Shown here piece by piece: positions 17,501-25,547 of a DNA stretch of 64,000 bases (the stretch's first letter is position 1; every line of letters starts with the position of its first letter). Location of the stretch: positions 32,001 through 96,000 of IMG/VR virus record IMGVR_UViG_3300032326_001134. One strand, 5' to 3'. The translations under genes were made by a program, and so were the position numbers. A model generated the notes under the pieces. That model was not told where the DNA came from and ran no database searches. It saw only the letters and a list, made by a program, of their open reading frames with translations. Source of the DNA: a virus.

Positions 17501-18787
17501 ATGACTAAAAGATCTGGTAGAAAATCGCAGGCAGCCAATGACTTTATTGAGCCATTAAAGCCTACTATTACAAACGCAGTAAATGTCACTAACAGACCAT
17601 ACAATAATGGATCGGTAGACATTAGTTTTGTCATGAGCCCAGCATCTCCAATAGCAACATCTTATTTAGTTCAAACGGTTGTCCCAGAAGGACAAACCCC
17701 GATAACTGCAACAGGAACCTCGTCACCAGTTACTATTACTGGACTACTCTCTGCAACTAATTATAGATTTACAATAACCGCATCTAATGATATTGGAGAT
17801 TCACCAGTATCTGATCAAAGCTCAGAAGTTTACGTTATAACAACTCCTAAAACTCCACAAACTCCCTCTATATCAAACAACGGAGCAGAAACAAATAACG
17901 TTACTTGGACTGCTACTCAATTTGATGGTGGCTCCGCAGTTACAAACTATGAATTATTAGATGATGAAGGAAGAACCTGGTCATATAACGCATCAACATT
18001 TTCCGCAAATATTAATGATGGAGGAAACTCCTATCAGCGAGTTAAAGTAAGAGCAAGAAACGCCAATGGCGCCTCAGAGTATTCAGAGTTTAGCAACCAG
18101 GTTCAAACAACACCATTTAGCTTTGCACCGTTTGGCTTTACCCCATTTAGCTTTACCCCGTTTGGATTTACACCGTTCGGATTTACACCGTTCGGATTTA
18201 CACCAAAATCAGTCGGAGCAGAAACAATTATAAAATCAAAAGTTCCAGAGGGATTAATATTAGCCCACAATCTAAGCGTAGGAGATGTTTTATATTCTGC
18301 TAACATTGAAGGTATAGATGTTTCAAATACAGCAATATTAGAATATTTACAAAACTGGTCCGCAAATAGCGCATCAATATCTCAAGATGTAGAAACAACT
18401 ATTGTTGCAATGGCAGCAAGAATTTCTTCTGAAGGCTCTGTTGTTATTAATGGAAACAAATACTCAAAGCAACACTTTATTTTAGTAAAAAGAAATAATG
18501 AAATTCAATTCCAGCCATCAGCAGATGTTTTAGAGACAGATTTTATATTTTCACCATCAGAATCAGATTGGGTAGCAGTTACTGATTATAAAATTACAGA
18601 TCAAAGAGAACTTTTAGTTTCAATTGACGTTGAGCCGTTTGATGTATTTTTTACAGACAATGCATTGGTTCATGACTCATATAGAGCCTCAGACGATCCA
18701 AACGTACTGACTTCTAGCGATGAAACATTTAGTGATAAATTAGATGCAATGTATCAACAATGGAGAGATTCTCAAGACCCACAATAG
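17501..18787 (+). CDS. 2x Fn3 + (F[GS]F[TA]P)6 repeats + atypical Hint domain protein
   Basis: Fn3 motifs ITGL..ATNYRFTITASN..G and DGGSAVTNY..VRARNANG; Hint-like S1-VGAET..LSVGD, SKQH, VFFTDNALVHD-S. Confidence 0.82.
   Translation: MTKRSGRKSQAANDFIEPLKPTITNAVNVTNRPYNNGSVDISFVMSPASPIATSYLVQTVVPEGQTPITATGTSSPVTITGLLSATNYRFTITASNDIGDSPVSDQSSEVYVITTPKTPQTPSISNNGAETNNVTWTATQFDGGSAVTNYELLDDEGRTWSYNASTFSANINDGGNSYQRVKVRARNANGASEYSEFSNQVQTTPFSFAPFGFTPFSFTPFGFTPFGFTPFGFTPKSVGAETIIKSKVPEGLILAHNLSVGDVLYSANIEGIDVSNTAILEYLQNWSANSASISQDVETTIVAMAARISSEGSVVINGNKYSKQHFILVKRNNEIQFQPSADVLETDFIFSPSESDWVAVTDYKITDQRELLVSIDVEPFDVFFTDNALVHDSYRASDDPNVLTSSDETFSDKLDAMYQQWRDSQDPQ
18116..18205 (+). repeat. Six 15-bp coding repeats (FSFAP FGFTP FSFTP FGFTP FGFTP FGFTP)
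   Basis: Directly read. Confidence 0.95.
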
Positions 18788-18799
18788 TCAGGATTTAAT

Positions 18800-19447
18800 T
18801 TGTTTAAGCAATTAAAAAAATTACACCTAATGGGACTTTCTGGTGTAAAATATTTTAAGGGAAAACCAATACCCAAATTTAGAAGGTACCCAGAGTATAT
18901 TAAGGGAACCTGGTCTCAATATACTGTTTTTATGGACAAGGGAAACAATTTAGCAATAGAGTGTTTATATAAAGACAATAATAACGAATCTGGAACAATA
19001 GTCATGTCTAATTTTATTAATAATGACTACCCAATCTCATGGGCAACAATTATTATAGATGGATACGATAAAGATCATTACACTGCAGTGACAGATAGAT
19101 TTTATACAAATCCACTACATAGAAGAAAAAAATACCTAGAATCTTTAGCACTTATTGGATACCCAGTATGGTGTACATTCTTTAAAATATTACCAAGACT
19201 TGGACCAGGATATACTGAAGGAACACAAAAAATGGCTTTAAGCGGACTGTCTATGATATCGTCAGCTGCTAAAAAAAGAATAATTTCAAATAGCAATAAG
19301 GCAGAAAAGGTTGTTAAGGGTGGACTCGTAGAAGGTTTAGTTCCTTCTATAAATATGCCAGAAGAACTAGCTGTGTACAAAGACCCAGTGTTCCCAGCAT
19401 TATTTCACTCTATAAGCGTTTGGGAGCCAAATGATAAAAAATATTAA
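18800..19447 (+). CDS. Hypothetical protein, possible GNAT-fold acyltransferase
   Basis: DRFYTNPLHRRKKY resembles GNAT motif A; GYTEGTQKM resembles the downstream motif. Confidence 0.4.
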   Translation: MFKQLKKLHLMGLSGVKYFKGKPIPKFRRYPEYIKGTWSQYTVFMDKGNNLAIECLYKDNNNESGTIVMSNFINNDYPISWATIIIDGYDKDHYTAVTDRFYTNPLHRRKKYLESLALIGYPVWCTFFKILPRLGPGYTEGTQKMALSGLSMISSAAKKRIISNSNKAEKVVKGGLVEGLVPSINMPEELAVYKDPVFPALFHSISVWEPNDKKY

Positions 19448-19994
19448 ATCCATAAATAACGAACTATTATTTTCAGAATATAATAAAATGGTTTCTGAAA
19501 TGTATGAGCACGTATATAAGTTTAGTCCAGGATTAAAACTTGGATTTAAGCCTAAAAAAATATCTTTGGTAGACTATAGAACATTTAACTTTTTTGGCAT
19601 GTATAGTAAAAATATACACTCTTTATATAGAGAAATAAGCGGTATGACAAAAAGCTTATGTGCAGAAAGCAATATTAACTTTGAAAGAAATTCTTTTTAT
19701 TTGCTTGGCAATATAGTTAAAAATGAAACATTGCCAATAGGAACCTATATAAACTTTGCCCCAAACTATAAAACAACTTTTATGGGCCTCTATGTAATTA
19801 GATCAAATAATGATAGAATATCTATAGATAACAAAATACTTGAACTGGAGGAAGGACAATTAATTATGCTAAACTCTGGATCAAAAATTTTATTTGAAAA
19901 TATTAGCGATAATTTAGTAATGTTATCATTTAATATCTCCCCCATAGAATATCTTTATAAACAATACTATCAAAAATGGATACCAATCTCATGA
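19431..19994 (+). CDS. Degenerate 2OG-Fe(II) oxygenase-like paralog of the 22169 ORF
   Basis: YRTFNFF..IHSLYREIS vs WREYNVF..IHKLYKNIS; both end Q(K/H)WIP; lacks HxH/H ligands. Confidence 0.55.
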   Translation: MIKNIKSINNELLFSEYNKMVSEMYEHVYKFSPGLKLGFKPKKISLVDYRTFNFFGMYSKNIHSLYREISGMTKSLCAESNINFERNSFYLLGNIVKNETLPIGTYINFAPNYKTTFMGLYVIRSNNDRISIDNKILELEEGQLIMLNSGSKILFENISDNLVMLSFNISPIEYLYKQYYQKWIPIS

Positions 19995-20707
19995 TCAATA
20001 TAGAATTTATTCCAAAATTTAGACTGTACAGTAAAGTATTTCCAGAGCCAGTTAGCGTAGCTTCCTCGATACCAGAATGGTGGAAAACACAGGAAAGTCA
20101 TTTAAATAATGATCAAAATGTTTACAGGGGAACAATGCTTCTTACCGTAAAGAAATGTCAATCAGTATTTGACTCAATGACTTTTGGATATTATTTAAAA
20201 TGCCCAACCGATATATCTATAGATGCTACTGGAGACACTTTAAGGGTTCAGCTAACTTCAGATATAATGGGAATGCAGCAACATCTTGTTTCAAACCATT
20301 TAAAAGAACAAATGGCTAAATACCCGATTCCAGAATATTTTCATCCAGAAGTTGTCAGAATACATCCAATGTGGCTGGTGCAAACAGAAGAAGGCTATAG
20401 CTCTTTATTTGTTGCACCAATGCACGGAGACGATTCTCCAATCAAAGCCGTCCCAGGAGTAATAGACACAGACGATTACCCGTCAGACGGATACTTATCT
20501 TTTTTTGTTAAAAAAGGGTTTAAGGGAATAATTAAACAGGGGACTCCAATTATTCAGGTTATTCCTTTTAAACGAGATGACTGGGAAAGCTCTATTAATA
20601 AAGAAAAAGATTCTGACTTTAAAATAAAAGAAAAAAATTTAGGAGTAAGATCAGTTTTTCAAAACGGATACAGAATGAAGTTTTGGAAAAAGAAAACGTA
20701 TAGATGA
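19991..20707 (+). CDS. DUF6065-like protein
   Basis: IPEWWK, TVKKC..FDSMTFGY, PGVIDTD, IKQGTPIIQVIPFKRDDW; ATGA overlap gives start 19991. Confidence 0.6.
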   Translation: MINIEFIPKFRLYSKVFPEPVSVASSIPEWWKTQESHLNNDQNVYRGTMLLTVKKCQSVFDSMTFGYYLKCPTDISIDATGDTLRVQLTSDIMGMQQHLVSNHLKEQMAKYPIPEYFHPEVVRIHPMWLVQTEEGYSSLFVAPMHGDDSPIKAVPGVIDTDDYPSDGYLSFFVKKGFKGIIKQGTPIIQVIPFKRDDWESSINKEKDSDFKIKEKNLGVRSVFQNGYRMKFWKKKTYR

Positions 20708-21435
20708 CAACTAAAATAGTAAACAGGGTTCCATACGAGTCTGACTCTTGGTCATTGATGTCTAACATGAATTTTGAACAAATAGTTAATTTTTCTAATG
20801 TATTTAACAAATGGAAAGAATGGTCATACGTTAAAAATAGCCCATTGCATAAAAAATCTATACTTAAACCAGTAAACATGTATGTGTCTCATTTTTCAAA
20901 TCAGCCAGAAGTAATAAGAATTTCTGACACATCAGCGTATCTAAGATACTATAGTTATGCAGACATACTTATACAAATAGCAGACCCACCAATGGGGCAT
21001 AAGGGTATATTTAAATCTAGTCCAATAAATAGTTTATTTTATGCTACGGATAAATGCTGGTTAAGACAATTTTATCCTTCTCCAAATGAGTACAATATAA
21101 ATAAAAAAAATGCTATATCGGATAGGATGTTTAAAATATATATACCTTGGTTTTTAGACATGGATATAAAATATTCAGTTAAAACAAATAAAGAAGATTC
21201 TTCAATTGTAGCAATAGAAAAAGAAGACTATTTTACAAAAACAAATGACAATGTTATAATAAAAGAAGCAAATTTTGTTGATTTTTATTTTACAAAATCT
21301 GAAAATCATATGCAAGATAAAGTATGCGGATTAATAAAAAAAGATTCGTATTTATTTGATATAGAAATTAAAGCAGATAAAAAAACAATTAAAAAGATTA
21401 TAAGGGAATATGAAAAAAAAAGAATTAAAGGTTAA
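20704..21435 (+). CDS. Hypothetical protein (possibly divergent DUF6065-like)
   Basis: FKIYIPWF and GLIKKDSYLFDI weakly echo its neighbours' PMW and GIIKQGTPIIQ motifs. Confidence 0.5.
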   Translation: MTTKIVNRVPYESDSWSLMSNMNFEQIVNFSNVFNKWKEWSYVKNSPLHKKSILKPVNMYVSHFSNQPEVIRISDTSAYLRYYSYADILIQIADPPMGHKGIFKSSPINSLFYATDKCWLRQFYPSPNEYNINKKNAISDRMFKIYIPWFLDMDIKYSVKTNKEDSSIVAIEKEDYFTKTNDNVIIKEANFVDFYFTKSENHMQDKVCGLIKKDSYLFDIEIKADKKTIKKIIREYEKKRIKG

Positions 21436-22168
21436 ATTTACCCCAGCCTTTATTATGAATACAGAAGGCATATCAGACTATAGTAATTTTAATGAGCCAC
21501 AAGAGTCAAAAAGATATATTCCGTCTTGGTATAAAAAGCTATCTAAATTTTACAAATCAAATAGCATCAGCAAACTACACCCAGTAAACGATAGAGGAAC
21601 GGACGGCAGCGCAGCCTCAACAAAATTATGCATGCCATTTTTTGATGCATTAACATCTGGATACATGTATACCCTAGATTACGATCTTAATGTGAGCCAG
21701 GATAAAAATGGATTTCCTACACTTTCTTGGGAGGGGTCTAATATGATAGTCGATAAAAGATTAATGATAGATGTCCCAGTACCTACACAGCATCACCCAA
21801 TGCATTATGGGTGGAAGGTTAATTGGTATTCAGAAACCCCAAAAGGATATTCTTTGTTAATAACGCATCCATTAAATAGACACGATTTACCATTTACAAC
21901 AATGAGCGGAATAATAGACGCAGACCTTTGGCACACTCCAGTATTTACATCCTTCTTCCTAAAACGCAACTTTATTGGTATAATACCTAAAGGAACTCCT
22001 ATATTTCAAATGATTCCTATTAAAAGAGAAGAGTGGTCTCTTGAAATAGATTATTCAAATGAAAATATAGAACAAAATCAGATTAAGGATGAAAAAAGAA
22101 GATCTTTAATATATGCATATTATAAAAATATAATATGGCAAAGAAAACAATATAGAGGGAAAATATAA
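21410..22168 (+). CDS. DUF6065-like protein (paralog of 19991)
   Basis: IPSWYK, TKLCMPFFDALTSGY, TPKGYSLLITHPLNR, SGIIDAD, IPKGTPIFQMIPIKRE. Confidence 0.65.
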   Translation: MKKKELKVKFTPAFIMNTEGISDYSNFNEPQESKRYIPSWYKKLSKFYKSNSISKLHPVNDRGTDGSAASTKLCMPFFDALTSGYMYTLDYDLNVSQDKNGFPTLSWEGSNMIVDKRLMIDVPVPTQHHPMHYGWKVNWYSETPKGYSLLITHPLNRHDLPFTTMSGIIDADLWHTPVFTSFFLKRNFIGIIPKGTPIFQMIPIKREEWSLEIDYSNENIEQNQIKDEKRRSLIYAYYKNIIWQRKQYRGKI

Positions 22169-22813
22169 ATGGAAAATATGTATATGAATCAGCCAACAGG
22201 TAAAGAGCATAAATTTTTTGAGAGATACTTAGACAATGATCTCCCAGAGCTTGCAGAATTTTTGCAAAACCAATATGCCAATATGGAAACCCTTAAATTG
22301 TCTGGAATAACAAAGGTCACGCCAAGAGATCACTGGCTATCATCTGATAGCGTGTCCACAATCAAATGGAGAGAGTACAATGTTTTTCAGTTTTATCATG
22401 AGTCTATACATAAGCTGTACAAAAATATATCGGAAACTATTAAGGAAGCCTGTGAATACTATGGTATCAACTTTGAAGAACAGAAATACATGGTACAGGG
22501 TTGGTTTAATATTAATTACAATCATAGTGGTAAGCTTGATTGGCATGATCACGGTGGCCCTTATGCCCCGTATTTTCATGGTTACTATTGTGTAAACGCA
22601 GAGCCTTCAACTACTTACTATAGTGTTTTTGGTAATCAGGTAGAGAACCACAATAAAAATAATCGAATGATTATTTCAGAAATGGGTCACCCGCATGCAA
22701 TGGGTGACTGGGACTGGGAAGGTCCTAGAGTAACTATTGCTTATGACATAATGCCTTTAAAAAGCTTAATTACAAACAAGGCAGAGCCACAACATTGGAT
22801 ACCATTACTGTGA
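22169..22813 (+). CDS. 2OG-Fe(II) oxygenase (HxH type, TIGR02466-like)
   Basis: WFNIN..WHDH..HGYYCV..HPH..RVTIAYD. Confidence 0.75.
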   Translation: MENMYMNQPTGKEHKFFERYLDNDLPELAEFLQNQYANMETLKLSGITKVTPRDHWLSSDSVSTIKWREYNVFQFYHESIHKLYKNISETIKEACEYYGINFEEQKYMVQGWFNINYNHSGKLDWHDHGGPYAPYFHGYYCVNAEPSTTYYSVFGNQVENHNKNNRMIISEMGHPHAMGDWDWEGPRVTIAYDIMPLKSLITNKAEPQHWIPLL

Positions 22814-23628
22814 CAAGCAATATTGGAATTTGTATATATTCATATCAAAACAAAAAGCTATTAGACTTAATAGAAGAAATTAAAGAAAAGTCTAGTAAAA
22901 AAAATATGTTGTATTTTTATGTCATAGATCAAAATAATTTGGACAGAACAAGAGGGCTCGACGATCCAGAATTTTATCATTCCATTTCATATAACTATGT
23001 AAAATGGGATTCAATTAAAAGCCCAATTGAATATAAACAACAAGCATTAAACATTTTAAATAAAACATATTATATGCAGGTTGAAGACAACTTAAGCTTA
23101 ATACAAAATTGGGACGAATATGCAATAGAATTCATATCAAACAATAAAAACTCAATTTTATCTGGAAATTCTACCGTCTCGCTAGATAATAAAAACTTGT
23201 TTCAGATAGCAGCTACAAGAACGCCATCAAAACATTTTAATGAGATAAAGTATATAGATAGAAATTTTTTATTTGGTCTTACTGAAGATTTTAAAAAGAT
23301 AGATTACCCTAAATATTTAAAGTACAACGGGGAAGAAGAATCTATTTCAATAGATATGCTAAACAGGGGAATAAAGATTTATAACTTCCCAGATGAATAT
23401 TTATCAATACATAAAGTTGATATAGAAAAAGAATATGTTCCCTTTTCTTTAAACCATAATTATAATAAATTTGTTAGCCTGTATAAGGATCAAGTTAAAA
23501 AGCATTTTGGTTTAAAAATAGAGACATTGCCGTTTGAAGATAGCGATGTCCTGTACGACCCATTGCAGTCTCAAACTGACAAAATTGGTGGGTTAAGATA
23601 TATTAATAAAGTTAAGGAGCTTAGATAA
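22810..23628 (+). CDS. Divergent Gnt1/GlcNAc-transferase-like glycosyltransferase (possibly inactive)
   Basis: Aligns by eye to the 53907 ORF: I.I.S(Y/F)Q..L..I.KSS, YYxQ....xxWD, GEE...S....G; DSH motif replaced by EDN; GTGA overlap start. Confidence 0.55.
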   Translation: MTSNIGICIYSYQNKKLLDLIEEIKEKSSKKNMLYFYVIDQNNLDRTRGLDDPEFYHSISYNYVKWDSIKSPIEYKQQALNILNKTYYMQVEDNLSLIQNWDEYAIEFISNNKNSILSGNSTVSLDNKNLFQIAATRTPSKHFNEIKYIDRNFLFGLTEDFKKIDYPKYLKYNGEEESISIDMLNRGIKIYNFPDEYLSIHKVDIEKEYVPFSLNHNYNKFVSLYKDQVKKHFGLKIETLPFEDSDVLYDPLQSQTDKIGGLRYINKVKELR

Positions 23629-24170
23629 TGTTAATAAAAATAGTAGAAGACTTTATAACAGAAGAAGATGCAAATACTTTAATTAATGAAATGAAAAACC
23701 CGTCAGAAAGAAATGAGTATCCTGTATATTACAAAGACCGAAATGGTGGAACCGCATTCCCTTATAATAAAAAAGTTATGTCATTGTTAAAAAAATATGC
23801 AATACATTCAAATAAAATACAAAAAGAATTTTTTGGATTAGAAAAAGATGTTATTGTTACAAAAGCTTTTGGTTCGTTTTGGATGCCTGGAACAAGCGGA
23901 GCCCCACACATAGATGCAATAGAAAAAGAGCCATTTATTGAATACAGTACAGTAATCTATTTAAATGACGAATATGAGGGTGGAGAAATTTATTTTCCAA
24001 GACAATCTTTCGAATATAGTCCTAAAAAATACTCAGCAGTATTTTTTCCAGGAAATAGCATTGACTATGTCCACGGAGTAAAAGAAATAACAAGCGGTAG
24101 TAGATTTACAGCTCTCTATATGCAGTCTACAAAAAAAGACTTTATTGATCCAGATTTTGAAGGGTGCTAG
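23628..24170 (+). CDS. Prolyl-4-hydroxylase-like 2OG-Fe(II) oxygenase
   Basis: HID, STVIYLNDEYEGGEIYF, HGV, GSRF. Confidence 0.9.
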   Translation: MLIKIVEDFITEEDANTLINEMKNPSERNEYPVYYKDRNGGTAFPYNKKVMSLLKKYAIHSNKIQKEFFGLEKDVIVTKAFGSFWMPGTSGAPHIDAIEKEPFIEYSTVIYLNDEYEGGEIYFPRQSFEYSPKKYSAVFFPGNSIDYVHGVKEITSGSRFTALYMQSTKKDFIDPDFEGC

Positions 24171-24171
24171 A

Positions 24172-24825
24172 ATGAATTATAAAGAGTTATCACTAGGGGC
24201 AGTATATTATAAAAATATTATAGAAGACCCACAGAGTGTCATCAATAAAATAGAAGAACTAGAGCAAAAAAGAAACGAGTCAGAAGGATACAGGTCGGAG
24301 TTTGTAAAGCCATGGCAAGCATGGGACTATAATAACGGAAATAAAGAAAAAACTATTTTTTGCTGGCAAAAGTTTTTACCAAAGCCTGAAGACATAAAGG
24401 TGGATGACTTGTTCTATAAAGAGCAGTTTGAGATATCTTCAATTCTTTTTGATGGACTAGAAAAAGGACTTAAGCATTATTTTTCTTTATACCCATATGC
24501 AGAAAAAAATATTAAATCTAGAGAAAAAACAATGCATCTTTTAAAATATAAAGAAAGCGGTTTCCTACCAGCGCACTCAGATCATGGAATAAGTAGCAGG
24601 GTATTGTCTGCTCTTTTATATTTAAATGATGATTACGAAGGAGGGAACATAAGATTCCCTCACGCAGAAATAAACATTAAGCCAGAAGCTGGAAGTTTAT
24701 TATTTTTTCCTTCAAACTTTGTTTATGTACATGAAGTAGATGCAGTAACAAGTGGAACAAGATACTCTTTGCCTAACTGGTATCATAATAGAAAAAACGC
24801 ATATTACTCAGATGGAACAGAATAA
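24172..24825 (+). CDS. Prolyl-4-hydroxylase-like 2OG-Fe(II) oxygenase
   Basis: HSD, SALLYLNDDYEGGNIRF, FFPSNFVYVHEV, GTRYS; start moved to ATG 24172. Confidence 0.9.
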   Translation: MNYKELSLGAVYYKNIIEDPQSVINKIEELEQKRNESEGYRSEFVKPWQAWDYNNGNKEKTIFCWQKFLPKPEDIKVDDLFYKEQFEISSILFDGLEKGLKHYFSLYPYAEKNIKSREKTMHLLKYKESGFLPAHSDHGISSRVLSALLYLNDDYEGGNIRFPHAEINIKPEAGSLLFFPSNFVYVHEVDAVTSGTRYSLPNWYHNRKNAYYSDGTE

Positions 24826-25523
24826 TGTTTATCGTTACAGGATCTAGTAGTGGAATAGGAAATGCAATTGTAAACAGGCTTTTAAAAAACGGACATTCTG
24901 TTTCAGGAATTTCAAGAAACATTCCAAAAAATGGTTCTGGATTTAAAACATATCAAGCAGACGTGTCTGATAAAAAATCAATTATAGAAATTGCAGAAGA
25001 CCTAAAATCACAAAACATAACAGTAAGTGGCTTAATAAATTGTGCTGGCTTATCACAAGATTTTTTTATTGCTGATTGGACAAAAATGCCAGCGGAAGAA
25101 ATTCAATCAATTTTTGGAACAAATATTATTGGAATAATAAACACATGCCAGTCATTTGTGCCATTAATGAATAGTAAGGTTCACACTCCAATTATAAACA
25201 TTAGCAGTCTCGCAGCTCATGCAAATTCAGATATTTCAGTCTATGCATCTAGTAAGTATGCTGTTAATGGATTTACTAGATCTTTATCTAGAGTTTTAAG
25301 AGAAACATCAATAAGGCCAAATTGTATAGCTCCAGGAATGATTAAAACAGAAATGACAAAGCACCTACCAGAAGAAATATTTAATAGAATTTTGTTTTTA
25401 TCTGGTCAAACCCTTAGCAGCAAAACATTTACGACAGAAGATATATGCGATGTGGTAGACATGTTAATTGATGAAAAATCAAACAGCTTAACTGGACAGA
25501 CATTCCACATAGGCGGATACTAA
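24825..25523 (+). CDS. Short-chain dehydrogenase/reductase (FabG-like)
   Basis: TGSSSGIG, INCAG, NISS, YASSK, IAPGMIKTEM, LTGQTFHIGG. Confidence 0.93.
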   Translation: MFIVTGSSSGIGNAIVNRLLKNGHSVSGISRNIPKNGSGFKTYQADVSDKKSIIEIAEDLKSQNITVSGLINCAGLSQDFFIADWTKMPAEEIQSIFGTNIIGIINTCQSFVPLMNSKVHTPIINISSLAAHANSDISVYASSKYAVNGFTRSLSRVLRETSIRPNCIAPGMIKTEMTKHLPEEIFNRILFLSGQTLSSKTFTTEDICDVVDMLIDEKSNSLTGQTFHIGGY

Positions 25524-25547
25524 ACCGCTAAATGGTATAATTTTTAA

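Noticed and set aside
18116-18205. CRISPR array or DNA-level VNTR
   Set aside because: 15-bp units without spacers, in frame, with synonymous variation; this is a peptide repeat
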